Positions 26,061-36,274 of a DNA stretch of 64,000 nucleotides are shown here, one piece after another (position 1 is the stretch's first letter; every line of letters begins with the position of its first letter). The stretch covers positions 1 to 64,000 of the forward strand of contig CBFGTS010000012.1 in NCBI GenBank assembly GCA_965652295.1. The letters are read 5' to 3'. Position numbers and translations under genes: made by a program. This DNA comes from an uncultured Haloferula sp. (GTDB lineage: Bacteria > Verrucomicrobiota > Verrucomicrobiia > Verrucomicrobiales > Akkermansiaceae). The notes below the pieces were generated by a model. That model saw only the letters and a program-made list of their open reading frames with translations, was not told the DNA's origin and made no database searches.

Positions 26061-29003
26061 ATGCGATACTCCTCCATCCGCCTTTTGGCACAGCTCCTTC
26101 TGGTGGCTCCGCTGCTGTTTCTGCCCCTCCTCGCCGGGAGGGACGCGCTCGATTTCAACGCAGACTGGAGGTGGCACGTGGGCGATGAGAAAACGGTCCG
26201 CGAGCCCGGATTCGACGATGCCGCATGGAAATTCGTGACCCTCCCGCGCGCGTGGAATGAAGACGATGCCTTCCGCGTGGACATCACCGAGCTCCCCACC
26301 GGCATCGCGTGGTACCGGAAAACCTTCACCGTCCCCGCCATCGGGGAAGAGAAGGTCTTCATCGAGTTCGAAGGAATCCGCCAAGGGGCCGAATTTTTCA
26401 TCAATGGCACCTCGCTGGGTTTCCACGAAGATGGCGTCACCGCGGTGGGCTACGACCTGACCTCGCACTTGGTCGAGGGTGCGAACGTCATCGCGGTGCG
26501 AACCGACAACGCGTGGGACTACCGCGAACAGGGCACCCGCCAGCGCTACCAGTGGAACGACCGCAATTTCAACGCCAACTACGGCGGCATCACCAAGAAC
26601 GTCCGCCTGCACATCACCGAATCTCTCCACCAGACGCTGCCGCTCTTCAACGGCCTCGGCACCATCGGCGTTTACATCCATGCCAGCGATTTCGACATCC
26701 CGGCCGGCACCGCCACCATTCACGCCGAGTCGCAGGTCCGGAACGATTCGGAAGAGCCCCGCACGTTCGGCTACGAGGTCGTGGTGGCGGAACAGGATGG
26801 CAGCCCCGTCGCGAAGTTCCGTGCGGATGAGGCTCTCACCCTCGCCCCCGGTGGGATGGGCACCGTCTCCGCCCACTCCCCGGTCTCGGGATTGAAATGG
26901 TGGAGCTGGGGATACGGCTACCTCTACGACGTCACAACTTCGCTCATCGTCGACGGCAAGGCGACCGACTCCGTCACCACCCGCACCGGCTTTCGCAAGA
27001 CCGCCTTTCAAAACGGCATGATCACCCTCAACAACCGGGTGCTCCAAATGAAAGGCTACGCCCAGCGCACCACCAACGAGTGGCCGGCCGTCGGACCTTG
27101 CGTCCCGCCCTGGATCAGCGATTTTTCCAACGGACTCATGGTGGAAAGCGGGGCCAACCTGGTCCGCTGGATGCACACCTGTCCCTCGAAACAGGACATC
27201 GAGTCGTGCGATCGTGTCGGCCTGATCCAGGCGATGCCCGCCGGCGACGCCGAGCGTGACGTCACTGGCCGCCGTTGGGAGCAACGCGTCGAAGTCATGC
27301 GCGCCTCCATCATCTACAACCGCAACAATCCCTCGATCCTCTTTTACGAAGGCGGAAACAACGGGATCTCGGAAGAACACATGGCCGAGCTGAAGGCCCT
27401 GCGTGACCAGTTCGACCCCCACGGCGGGAGAGCCGTCGGCTCCCGCAATATGCTCGACAGCCAGGTGGCGGAATACGGCGGCGAAATGCTCTACATCAAC
27501 AAGAGCGCCCGCATCCCCTTCTGGGCGATGGAATACTCCCGCGACGAAGGCCTGCGGAAATACTGGGATGAATTCTCCCCGCCGTTTCACAAGAACGGCG
27601 ACGGCCCACCCTACAAAGGCGAGCCCGCCCACGCCTACAATCACAACCAGGACTCCCACGCCATCGAGAACGTGCGCCGCTGGTTCGACTACTATGAATG
27701 CCGTGCCGGCACCGGTGCGCGCGTCAGCTCGGGAGGCGTGAACATCATTTTCTCCGACACCAACACCCACCACCGCGGCGAATCCAACTACCGCACGAGT
27801 GGAGAAACCGACCCCGTCCGCCTGCCGAAGGATGGATTCTTCGCCCATCAGGTGATGTGGGACGGCTGGGTGGACGTCGAAAACCCGCGCGCCCACATCA
27901 TCGGTCACTGGAACTACCAGCCCGGCGTGACCAAGGACGTCCACGTTGTTTCCTCCGCCAGCGAGGTCGAGTTGCTGCTCAACGGGAAATCCCTCGGGCG
28001 CACCAGCACGTCCGCTTACGCGTTCCTCTTCACCTTCCCAAAGGTCACCTGGCAACCGGGCAGCCTCGAAGCCGTCGGATACGACCATTCCGGCAAGGAA
28101 ATCTGCCGCGCGCAGCATGAAACCACCGGCGAGCCGAAAACTCTCAAGCTCACCGCCCACGTCGCGCGCGACGGTATCGGCTTCAAAGCGGACGGGGCCG
28201 ATCTGGCTTTGGTGGACATCGAAGTGGTCGATGCCAAGGGCCGCCGCGTGCCCACCGCCATGCATCCCGTTTCGTTTCACCTCGACGGCCCCGCGGAGTG
28301 GCGCGGCGGCATCGCCCAAGGCCCCGGCAACCACATCCTCGCAACCACCCTTCCGGTGGAGTGCGGGATCAACCGCGCGCTGATCCGCTCCACCACCACG
28401 CCGGGGACGATCAGCCTCACGGCTACCTCCCCCGGCCTGGAGTCCACCAAGCTCGAACTGACCAGCGTCGAGTCGAAGAAAAACACCGCCGGGTTGAAGC
28501 CATCGCTCACCCGCGGACCCACCCCTTCGACGCCTTCGTTCAAGCCAACACGGGTCTCCGTTCCCGTCGCCTCCGTCAACGCAGGCGACAACCAGGCCGA
28601 GGCGGTCCATGCCTTCGACGACGACGAGACCACGACCTGGCAAAACGGCAGCAAGGACGGCTCCGCCTGGATCGAGTTCACCCTCGAACGTCCCGCGACC
28701 TTGACGGAAGTCACCGCCAAGCTTCCCGGCTGGCGCACCCGCACCTATCCGCTCTCCGTTTCCATCGACGGCACCGAGGTTTTCCGCGGGACCACACCCA
28801 CCAGCCTCGGCTACGTGACCCTGCCCCTGCAACCCGTGGAAGGCCGTGTTGTGCGAGTGCAACTCGTCGGCAAAGGCGAGATCGAGGACGGCTTCGGAGC
28901 CATCACCGAGGTGGCGGACGCCGCGAACGCCGCCGATGGACCGCCCGTCGCCCCCGGCCGCCTCGGCATCGTGGAAATCGAGTTCCACGAGCCTGCTCCC
29001 TGA
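26061..29003 (+). CDS. Glycoside hydrolase family 2 (beta-galactosidase-like) with a C-terminal discoidin-like module
   Basis: DFNADW, GIAWYRKTF, KVFIEFEG, NYGGI, TGFR, RNNPSILFYEGGN, HWNY, AFDDDETTTW. Confidence 0.85.
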   Translation: MRYSSIRLLAQLLLVAPLLFLPLLAGRDALDFNADWRWHVGDEKTVREPGFDDAAWKFVTLPRAWNEDDAFRVDITELPTGIAWYRKTFTVPAIGEEKVFIEFEGIRQGAEFFINGTSLGFHEDGVTAVGYDLTSHLVEGANVIAVRTDNAWDYREQGTRQRYQWNDRNFNANYGGITKNVRLHITESLHQTLPLFNGLGTIGVYIHASDFDIPAGTATIHAESQVRNDSEEPRTFGYEVVVAEQDGSPVAKFRADEALTLAPGGMGTVSAHSPVSGLKWWSWGYGYLYDVTTSLIVDGKATDSVTTRTGFRKTAFQNGMITLNNRVLQMKGYAQRTTNEWPAVGPCVPPWISDFSNGLMVESGANLVRWMHTCPSKQDIESCDRVGLIQAMPAGDAERDVTGRRWEQRVEVMRASIIYNRNNPSILFYEGGNNGISEEHMAELKALRDQFDPHGGRAVGSRNMLDSQVAEYGGEMLYINKSARIPFWAMEYSRDEGLRKYWDEFSPPFHKNGDGPPYKGEPAHAYNHNQDSHAIENVRRWFDYYECRAGTGARVSSGGVNIIFSDTNTHHRGESNYRTSGETDPVRLPKDGFFAHQVMWDGWVDVENPRAHIIGHWNYQPGVTKDVHVVSSASEVELLLNGKSLGRTSTSAYAFLFTFPKVTWQPGSLEAVGYDHSGKEICRAQHETTGEPKTLKLTAHVARDGIGFKADGADLALVDIEVVDAKGRRVPTAMHPVSFHLDGPAEWRGGIAQGPGNHILATTLPVECGINRALIRSTTTPGTISLTATSPGLESTKLELTSVESKKNTAGLKPSLTRGPTPSTPSFKPTRVSVPVASVNAGDNQAEAVHAFDDDETTTWQNGSKDGSAWIEFTLERPATLTEVTAKLPGWRTRTYPLSVSIDGTEVFRGTTPTSLGYVTLPLQPVEGRVVRVQLVGKGEIEDGFGAITEVADAANAADGPPVAPGRLGIVEIEFHEPAP

Positions 29004-29096
29004 TCCGAAGCCTCGGATTCCGCCTCACCAACGGAAAATCGTTTCCCCCCTTCCCCCTTGCCTCACCGCGCGGCAGGACCCAGATTCGCCGCCGAT

Positions 29097-30101
29097 ATGA
29101 GCGTTGAGCACTCTCAAACCCCGGTCTGCATCGCCGGCACCGGCAGCTACGTTCCCGAGAAAATTCTCACCAACGCCGACCTGGAGAAGATGGTCGACAC
29201 CTCCGACGAATGGATCGTCACCCGCACCGGCATCCGGGAACGCCGCATCGCCGCGCATGGCGAATTCACCTCCCACCTCGCCACCAACGCCGCCCGCAAG
29301 GCCCTGGAGCAGGCCGCCATTGATCCGGCCGAGATCCAGCTGATCATCGTCGCCACGATCACGCCGGACACCCTCACCCCGGCCACCGCCTGCTACGTCC
29401 AGCAGAACCTCGGCGCGTTCGGGGCCGTGGCCTTCGACATTTCCGCCGCCTGCTCCGGTTTCCTCTATGCGATGAAGATCGCCAAGCGCCTGATTTCCGA
29501 CGGTGCGTTTGAAAACGCCCTGATCATCGGTGCCGAGAAACTTTCCTCCTTCGTCAATTGGGACGACCGTTCGACCTGCATCCTGTTCGGCGATGGCGCG
29601 GGTGCCGCCGTCCTGAGGAAGGCATCAGGCCCCGAGGAGGGCGACATCCTCGCCACGGAAATGGGCACCGACGGCCGCCAGACCCACCTTCTCAACATCC
29701 CCGGCGGCGGCTCCGCCTGCCCGATCACCATCGAGAACGCCGACAAGCGCCTCGCAACCATGTCGATGCTCGGCAAGGAGGTCTTCAAACACGCCGTGAC
29801 CCGCATGAAGCAATCGGCGGAGAAAGTCATCGAGCGCTCGAACCTCAAGCCCGAGGACATCGCCCTCGTCATCCCCCACCAGGCGAACCTGAGGATCATC
29901 GACGCCATCGCCGAACGGCTCGACATCCCCTACGACCGCGTTTTCACCAACCTCCAGAAATACGGCAACACCTCCGCCGCCGCGGTCGCCATCGCGCTTG
30001 ACGAAGCCCACCGCTCCGGCCGGATCAAAAAGGGCGACCACATCGTCCTCGTCGTCTTCGGTGCCGGCCTCACCTGGGCCGCCGCGGCCATCCGCTGGTA
30101 A
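29097..30101 (+). CDS. fabH: Beta-ketoacyl-ACP synthase III
   Basis: [53 protein letters not shown]. Confidence 0.97.
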   Translation: MSVEHSQTPVCIAGTGSYVPEKILTNADLEKMVDTSDEWIVTRTGIRERRIAAHGEFTSHLATNAARKALEQAAIDPAEIQLIIVATITPDTLTPATACYVQQNLGAFGAVAFDISAACSGFLYAMKIAKRLISDGAFENALIIGAEKLSSFVNWDDRSTCILFGDGAGAAVLRKASGPEEGDILATEMGTDGRQTHLLNIPGGGSACPITIENADKRLATMSMLGKEVFKHAVTRMKQSAEKVIERSNLKPEDIALVIPHQANLRIIDAIAERLDIPYDRVFTNLQKYGNTSAAAVAIALDEAHRSGRIKKGDHIVLVVFGAGLTWAAAAIRW

Positions 30102-30133
30102 AGCACCGGTCCCCGGTCAAGAGATCCGCGCCG

Positions 30134-31996
30134 ATGTCCTACCGCACCTCCCCCGCCGATCTCGAAGGCCTGCCGCCCGGCGTGCCGCACATCGTCGGCA
30201 ATGAGGCGGCGGAGCGGTTTTCCTTCTACGGCATGAAAGCGGTGCTGGCCGTGTTCATGGCCAGCTACCTGCACCTGATGGATGGCACGCCCGGCACGCC
30301 GATGCACGAAGCGGAGGCCACCGAGAAGGTCCACCTTTTCAACACCGCCGTCTATTTCACCCCCTTTCTCGGTGCGCTGCTGAGCGACATCTTTCTCGGG
30401 AAATACCGCACCATCATCCTGCTCTCGATCGTCTACTGCGCCGGTCACGCCGCCCTGGCGCTGATGGGATCATTCGGCCATTCCTCGTGGTGGCTCTTCG
30501 CCGGTCTCGGGCTGATCGCGCTCGGTTCCGGCGGCATCAAGCCCTGCGTTTCCGCCCACGTCGGCGACCAGTTCGGCTCGCGCAACGCCCACCTCCTGCC
30601 GCGCATCTTCAACTGGTTCTATTTCTCCATCAACATCGGCGCGGCCGTCTCGATGGCCCTCACGCCCTGGCTGCTCGAATGGTACGGGCCCCATTGGGCC
30701 TTCGGCGTCCCCGGCGTACTGATGGCCATCGCCACTTTCGTCTTCTGGCTCGGCCGTCACCGTTTCATCCACGTCCCGCCCGCCGGCCTCGCTTTTTTCC
30801 GCGAACTCTTCTCCGGCGGCGGTTTCGGCACCCTGCTCAAACTCGCCCCGCTCTACCTTTTCGTGGCGGTCTTCTGGGCCTTGTTCGATCAAACCGGCTC
30901 CACCTGGATTTTCCAGGCGCAGGACATGGACCGGCATTTCCTCGGTCACCAGTGGCTGCCCTCGCAGGCCCAGTCCATCAACTCGGTCTTCGTTCTCACC
31001 TTCATTCCGCTTTTCGCCTACGGCCTTTATCCACTCATCGACCGCGTGTGGAAACTGACGCCCCTGCGGAAAATCGGACTCGGCCTGTTCATCATGGTCT
31101 CCTCTTTCGCCCTCGTGGCCCTGATCCAGGAGTGGATCGACCAAGGACAGCGTCCCAACATCGGCTGGCAGATCCTCGCCTACGCGCTGCTCACCGCTTC
31201 GGAGATCATGGTGTCCATCGTCGCGCTGGAGTTCGCCTACACCCAGGCACCCAGGACGATGAAGTCACTCGTGATGTGCTTCTACCTCGGGGCCGTCGGC
31301 CTCGGAAACCTCGGCGTCGCCGCCGTGAACCACTTCATCATGGTCCCCGAACCCGCCCGCCAGCAACTGGACGAAGCGCTCTCCCGGCTTCCCGACGACT
31401 GGCGCGATTCTCCGGAAAACGTGGTGCTGCCCGGGCATGACGGACTCACCGGCACCGGCGACGATTTCGTCGCTCATCTCCACAAAGGCCAGCTGCACTC
31501 CCTCGAAATCCCCGGTCACGAGTCACTCCGCCAAACCGCCAACCGGATCCTCGAGCTGGCTGCTGACGGCCGCTCGCTCGCCGAGTTGGAGAACTCCCTC
31601 GATGCCGGCACCGACCCGTGGGGAAACCCGATCCGTCTCCAGATCCAGAATTCAAGCACCGCACGGCTCGCCAGCGCCGGCCCCGATCGGAAGGAAAACA
31701 CCCGATGGGACCAAGGTCTCATCCTGACCCTTCCCGACCCTTCCACCGCTGCCCCGTCCGCCTCATGGACCGACCGCCTCCATCCGGCGGAGCCGTGGCT
31801 CGAGAAGCGCAAGCGCGAGATCGCGGCCGGCGACGAATTACGGGACGCGGATGAGTTCACCTGGTTCGTCGGCGGCCAATCGAAACTCGAGGGTGCGGCC
31901 TACTTCCATTTCTTCACCTGGCTCATGCTCGGCACCGCCGTGGGTTTCATTCCCTTCGCCCTCCTCTACCGCCCGCGCACCCAGCTCCAGGACTGA
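30134..31996 (+). CDS. Proton-dependent oligopeptide transporter (POT/PTR2, MFS) with a large soluble insertion before the last TM helix
   Basis: [57 protein letters not shown]. Confidence 0.9.
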   Translation: MSYRTSPADLEGLPPGVPHIVGNEAAERFSFYGMKAVLAVFMASYLHLMDGTPGTPMHEAEATEKVHLFNTAVYFTPFLGALLSDIFLGKYRTIILLSIVYCAGHAALALMGSFGHSSWWLFAGLGLIALGSGGIKPCVSAHVGDQFGSRNAHLLPRIFNWFYFSINIGAAVSMALTPWLLEWYGPHWAFGVPGVLMAIATFVFWLGRHRFIHVPPAGLAFFRELFSGGGFGTLLKLAPLYLFVAVFWALFDQTGSTWIFQAQDMDRHFLGHQWLPSQAQSINSVFVLTFIPLFAYGLYPLIDRVWKLTPLRKIGLGLFIMVSSFALVALIQEWIDQGQRPNIGWQILAYALLTASEIMVSIVALEFAYTQAPRTMKSLVMCFYLGAVGLGNLGVAAVNHFIMVPEPARQQLDEALSRLPDDWRDSPENVVLPGHDGLTGTGDDFVAHLHKGQLHSLEIPGHESLRQTANRILELAADGRSLAELENSLDAGTDPWGNPIRLQIQNSSTARLASAGPDRKENTRWDQGLILTLPDPSTAAPSASWTDRLHPAEPWLEKRKREIAAGDELRDADEFTWFVGGQSKLEGAAYFHFFTWLMLGTAVGFIPFALLYRPRTQLQD

Positions 31997-32015
31997 TCCG
32001 GCTTCACGCGTCGTC

Positions 32016-32822
32016 ATGCTCACCGATTCCCACTGCCACCTCGCCTCCCACAAGTTTCCCGCCGACGAACTTCCTGGCCTCGTCGCTCGCGCCCGCGAAG
32101 CCGGCGTCACCCGCCTGATCTCGCTCGCCACCTGCCTCGGCGACCTCCAGCCGAATCTCGACATCGCCTCCGCCCACCCCGGCATCGCCTGCTGCCTCGG
32201 CATCCATCCCTGCGACGTTCATCATGCGCCGGATGACATCATCGAACAGCTTCGCCTTCACCTCGGTCATCCCAAGGTCGCCGCCATCGGCGAAACCGGA
32301 CTCGACTACTACCATCCGGCCCCCGAAGGCTGGAGTGAGTCCGACTTCAGGGCGCGCCAGAAATCCCTGCTTGATGCCCACTTCCTGCTCGCCGCGGAAG
32401 CCGGGCTGAATGTCGTCATCCACACCCGCGACCGCAGCGGCGACGCCTCGTTTCAAGACGCACTCGATGTCTATCGGCACCATGCAGACAAGGTCCGCGC
32501 CGTGTTCCACTGCTTCATCAGCACGGCGGAAAACGCCCATGCCGTGATCGACCTCGGCGGCCTCGTTTCCTTCGGCGGCGTTGCCACCTTCAAGAACGCC
32601 AACTCTGTCCTCGATCTCGCCGCCGCACTGCCACCAGCCTCCTTCATGCTGGAAACCGACTCCCCCTACCTCGCCCCGCACCCTCACCGAGGGGAGCGGA
32701 ACGAACCCTCCATGGTTTCCGTCATCGCCCACCGCATCGCCGAAGCCCGGCGCGAAACTCTTGCGGAATTAGCAACCCATACCACGCAAACGGCCATCGA
32801 CTTCTTCAGGGGAATTGAATAA
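32016..32822 (+). CDS. tatD: TatD family deoxyribonuclease
   Basis: DSHCHL, GIHP, AIGETGLDY, IHTR, FHCF, LETDSPYLAP..RNEP. Confidence 0.93.
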   Translation: MLTDSHCHLASHKFPADELPGLVARAREAGVTRLISLATCLGDLQPNLDIASAHPGIACCLGIHPCDVHHAPDDIIEQLRLHLGHPKVAAIGETGLDYYHPAPEGWSESDFRARQKSLLDAHFLLAAEAGLNVVIHTRDRSGDASFQDALDVYRHHADKVRAVFHCFISTAENAHAVIDLGGLVSFGGVATFKNANSVLDLAAALPPASFMLETDSPYLAPHPHRGERNEPSMVSVIAHRIAEARRETLAELATHTTQTAIDFFRGIE

Positions 32823-32888
32823 ATCGTCCCCCGGGTGTCGTTCTCTTCAACAAACCGGCCGCCAGAGAACCCGAACCCCTACGCTACG

Positions 32889-33317
32889 ATGAATCCAACC
32901 ATCCGCCTCATTGCCCTCGCCGCCGCCTCCGCTGCCGCCACCTCGTGCGGCATGTTCAAGAACGACGAGAACTACGATACTTCCAGTGGATACGATACCT
33001 CGGATCCCTACGGTGTACCCTCCTCCGGAGGCTACGAGACCGCACCTTACCAGGATGTGAACGCACCCGCATCCGATCCCACCTACGGCAGCGCCGCCTA
33101 CGAGGAAGCCGCCCCCACCCCGACACCGACCCCTCCGTATTCCGCTCCGGCCGCCTCTTCCTCCGGCTCCAGCCACACCGTCGTCCGCGGCGACACCCTC
33201 TGGGGGATCAGCAGAAAATACGGCGTGACCATGGACGCCATCCGCGCCGCCAACGGCATGGCCGCGAGTGAAACCAACGTCCGCCTCGGTCAGAGCCTGA
33301 CCATCCCCGGCCAGTGA
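32889..33317 (+). CDS. LysM domain lipoprotein
   Basis: Lipobox-like AATSC; C-terminal HTVVRGDTLWGISRKYGVT..IRAANG..GQSLTIP. Confidence 0.9.
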   Translation: MNPTIRLIALAAASAAATSCGMFKNDENYDTSSGYDTSDPYGVPSSGGYETAPYQDVNAPASDPTYGSAAYEEAAPTPTPTPPYSAPAASSSGSSHTVVRGDTLWGISRKYGVTMDAIRAANGMAASETNVRLGQSLTIPGQ

Positions 33318-34258
33318 TCCGCCACGTCGGCATCGCCCTTTTCCTCGCGCTCGGGTCGCTGACCCGCGCCGAGGAGACCGCCGCCGACCTCAGCCTCCGC
33401 GGTGCGGTGGACCTGATGCTTTCCGAGCGCGAGTCGCGGGAAGCGCTCGAGGACGCGATCGACCGCGCACGCAAGCTCGGCGCCTCCGATCAATCCGTGC
33501 TCGAGGCCCGATTCCTCTTCTCCGTCGACCGGCGGGACGACAGCGTCATCGCCGACCTCGCCCCCCAGTTCCTGGCCCGCAAGGACAGCTTCAAAATCGA
33601 GGACTCCGAGATCTTCGGCGTCCGCGAGGACTGGCTCGCCGTCGTCGAATACACCCAGGCCATCGCCTGCCTCAAAAAGCAGGACAAGGCCGGCTTCAAG
33701 CAACACATCACGGAAGCCTTCTGGCTCAGCCCGCGGCAAGGTGCCGCCTTCGCACCGCACATCGAACGCCTCCGCCTCAATGAGGCGATGAAAGACCTGA
33801 AAGTCGATTTCAGCACCGCGCTGGAAACCCTCGATGGCACCACCACCACACCCCGCGATGTCCTCGGAGATCGCAAGGCGCTGTTCCTCCACTTCTTCTC
33901 GCCCTGGAGCCGCGAGTGCGAGGAAAGCCTGCCGGATTTCATCAAGCTCGCCACCTCACTTGAAAAGGCCGGCGTCGCCGTCATGACCATCATCGGAGAA
34001 CCGGACGCCGATACCCGCGCCGACACCGACGCTCTCCTTTCCAGCCTCAAATCGAAGCCCGCTGGCACTTGGGTCACGGACCGCACCCAGCGCCCCCTCT
34101 CCGTCGCACTCCGGGTCCAGTCCGCACCTACGATGGTTCTCGTGGATCTGGATGGCTCCATCCTTTTCAACGGCCACCCGAGCGAACGCGAGCTGTGGGA
34201 CGCCATCGGCAAGGTAGCGCCGGAGTTCGAGCGCCCTGCCAGCGCGCCGACCCACTGA
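33314..34258 (+). CDS. Exported TlpA-like thioredoxin-fold protein with SxxC in place of CxxC
   Basis: Signal peptide; LFLHFFSPWSRECEESLP; VQSAPTMVLVDLDG. Confidence 0.75.
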   Translation: MIRHVGIALFLALGSLTRAEETAADLSLRGAVDLMLSERESREALEDAIDRARKLGASDQSVLEARFLFSVDRRDDSVIADLAPQFLARKDSFKIEDSEIFGVREDWLAVVEYTQAIACLKKQDKAGFKQHITEAFWLSPRQGAAFAPHIERLRLNEAMKDLKVDFSTALETLDGTTTTPRDVLGDRKALFLHFFSPWSRECEESLPDFIKLATSLEKAGVAVMTIIGEPDADTRADTDALLSSLKSKPAGTWVTDRTQRPLSVALRVQSAPTMVLVDLDGSILFNGHPSERELWDAIGKVAPEFERPASAPTH

Positions 34259-34408
34259 CCGCCGACTGCCCAGCTACGCCCTCCGCCGTAGCATCCCGCT
34301 GGCAACGGCAGCCGCCGTAGTTAACTTTTTCTGAATATCGGCACAATTAAACTTGACGGAAGGGTGTAGTACTAGCTTTATGGTCGATAAGAAAAACATC
34401 GACCTCCG

Positions 34409-35038
34409 ATGCCAGCGACACCATCCAATCTCGAACTCCAAGCCCTCTCCGTCCTCTGGCATGAGGGGCCCTCTACTGTGGGTGACGTACTGAACGCCCT
34501 GCCGGACGGAAAAGACCGGGCCTACACGACGGTTCTGTCCGTCATGCAAAGCCTCGAGCGCAAGAAACTCGTCAAGCGGTCCCGCACGGGCCGGGCCCAT
34601 GTTTACGAAGCCGCTCACAGCCAATCCCAGATTGCAGGCAAGGCGACGGGCGAATTCCTCACAAACGCTTTCGGAGGACACCTCGGTGAGGCAGTCCTCG
34701 CGCTACTCTCCGCCGGCACATTGACGCCGGAAGAGAAATCCAACATCGAACGCGAACTAAAACGACACAAAGCCATGCCTGCCAAAAAGACGACCAAGAA
34801 GGCCGCCAAAAAGGCCGCCAAGAAAGCGCCTGCCAAGAAGGCGGCGAAGAAGGCCCCAAAAAAGGCCGCCAAGAAGGTGACGAAGAAAACCGCCAAGAAG
34901 GTCGCGAAAAAAGCGGCCAAAAAGGTGGCCAAGAAAGTCGCCAAAAAGGCACCGAAGAAAGCTGCGAAGAAGGTAGCGAAAAAGGCCGCCAAGAAGGCTC
35001 CGAAAAAAGCCGCCAAAAAGGCCGCAAAGAAAAAGTAA
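34409..35038 (+). CDS. BlaI/MecI/CopY family regulator fused to a histone-H1-like Lys/Ala-rich tail
   Basis: SNLELQALSVLW, AYTTVLSVMQSLERKKLVKR..AHVY; from Met at 34775, repeats of KKAA/KKVA/KKAP to the stop. Confidence 0.85.
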   Translation: MPATPSNLELQALSVLWHEGPSTVGDVLNALPDGKDRAYTTVLSVMQSLERKKLVKRSRTGRAHVYEAAHSQSQIAGKATGEFLTNAFGGHLGEAVLALLSAGTLTPEEKSNIERELKRHKAMPAKKTTKKAAKKAAKKAPAKKAAKKAPKKAAKKVTKKTAKKVAKKAAKKVAKKVAKKAPKKAAKKVAKKAAKKAPKKAAKKAAKKK

Positions 35039-35110
35039 CCTTCCCACCCAGCGACAGATTCGTCACCTCGCCGTGATCGGACTGTTCGCGTCGGTAGATG
35101 TTTTTTGAGA

Positions 35111-35139
35111 GGCGAAGGGCGCGAGCCCTTCGCCTTTTT
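35111..35139 (+). terminator. Rho-independent terminator
   Basis: GGCGAAGGGC-GCGA-GCCCTTCGCC-TTTTT; perfect 10-bp stem with a GNRA loop. Confidence 0.9.
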
Positions 35140-35202
35140 CATGCCTGCCGGACGCCTTCCGCGTGTCGGTGGAATGAAATTCAACGGCCCTCAAAAAAGC
35201 AT

Positions 35203-35231
35203 TTGCATCCCCTCGGATCGCCTCCTAGCCT
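35203..35231 (+). promoter_or_regulatory. Sigma70-like promoter of tRNA-Val
   Basis: TTGCAT-17 nt-TAGCCT, preceded by an A-tract. Confidence 0.6.
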
Positions 35232-35274
35232 CCGGCCTCCTTCGCGGCAGGGGCTCTCAAAAGCTCCGACCTAG

Positions 35275-35349
35275 GCGCGGTTAGCTCAGCGGTAGAGCAC
35301 CACCTTGACACGGTGGGGGTCACTGGTTCGATCCCAGTATCGCGCACCA
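35275..35349 (+). tRNA. tRNA-Val(GAC)
   Basis: Acceptor GCGCGGT/ATCGCGC, D arm TAGCTCAGCGGTAGAGC, anticodon loop TTGACAC, GGTTCGATCC, encoded CCA. Confidence 0.97.
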
Positions 35350-35407
35350 TCTCTCCCAATCGGAGAGATCACCGATCACCCATCGCAAGCCGCGGACATG
35401 TTTCCCC

Positions 35408-36265
35408 ATGTCGAGTCCAGCACCCAGTTCCCGACACCTTGCCACCCTTGTTCGCCTGCTGGATGACGAAACTCCGGAAGTCCGGGCGTCCGTCGCACGC
35501 GAACTGGAATGCTACGACGGCGACGTCAGCGATTGGCTCACTTCGCTTCCCAGCCCCCTCACCCCCACCGAGCGAACCACGCTCGGCCGCTTGCTCCGCC
35601 CCGCACGACGTCGCCGGCTGGAAGCCGACTGGATCGTCCCAAGCCGTGGTCGTGGCGCGCTCGATGATGACTGGGAAGCCGCCGAAGCCTTGCTCAGAGC
35701 CGTTTCCGATTTCCTGCATGACGGCGTTTCCCTTCGCCAGCCTCTCGGAGATGCGCTCGATCTTCTCGCCGAGGAAGCCGAGGCAACGTTCACCTCTGCG
35801 GGTGAGTGCGGAATGTGCGCCTACCTGCTCGAGCGTCATCTGAAAAGCGACCCGGCCGCCGACCTGGTTCCCGAGCACTATGACCTTGCAGCCTTGGCCG
35901 AGGGTGCTGCGGGAAATTCGCTCGGCCTCGGAGCGGTGCTGCTACTGGTCGGCCACCGGCTCGGTGCCAACATGCGCGGCGTCGACTTTCCGGGCGTCTT
36001 CTACCTCGTCATTCCCGATCCCCGGCAAGGGCATCTCACCTTCGATCCGGCGTCCGGTCTCCAGCCGGTCGATTCGGAGACGCTCACCCGCCGCGTGATG
36101 CGCGCCTCCCCGGCGCTGCGGGAAAAGCTCCGTCTGCCTTTCACCGCAGGCGATCTTGTGCTCCGTTTCACCGAGGACATCGAAGCCGCCTTCGCAGTGA
36201 ACGACGAACTCGAAGACGCCGAGCTTTTCGGTCGTCTCGCGGAAAGCCTGAGGGCACCTCGATAG
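35408..36265 (+). CDS. SirB1/transglutaminase-like superfamily protein (degenerate)
   Basis: LVRLLDDETPEV N-terminus; GNSLGLGAVLLLVGHRLG..GVDFPGVF..FDP. Confidence 0.6.
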   Translation: MSSPAPSSRHLATLVRLLDDETPEVRASVARELECYDGDVSDWLTSLPSPLTPTERTTLGRLLRPARRRRLEADWIVPSRGRGALDDDWEAAEALLRAVSDFLHDGVSLRQPLGDALDLLAEEAEATFTSAGECGMCAYLLERHLKSDPAADLVPEHYDLAALAEGAAGNSLGLGAVLLLVGHRLGANMRGVDFPGVFYLVIPDPRQGHLTFDPASGLQPVDSETLTRRVMRASPALREKLRLPFTAGDLVLRFTEDIEAAFAVNDELEDAELFGRLAESLRAPR

Positions 36266-36274
36266 GCCAACGCC

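Noticed and set aside
13559..28988. Very long minus-strand ORFs (673, 767, 826, 500 and 1016 aa) opposite the CAZyme genes
   Set aside because: These are antisense shadows of high-GC3 genes with no recognisable motifs.
34353..34384. Promoter/operator for the BlaI gene (TTGACG, TAGTACTA palindrome)
   Set aside because: No -10 box at acceptable spacing, and an 8-bp palindrome alone is too weak.
34615..35184. Phe/Leu/Ala-rich minus-strand ORFs resembling membrane proteins
   Set aside because: They are the reverse complement of the Lys/Ala codon repeats.
35275..35420. tRNA-Val or tRNA-His (48401-48477) as an island integration site
   Set aside because: No integrase nearby, no duplicated tRNA 3' end noticed in the window, and the flanks are ordinary genes.
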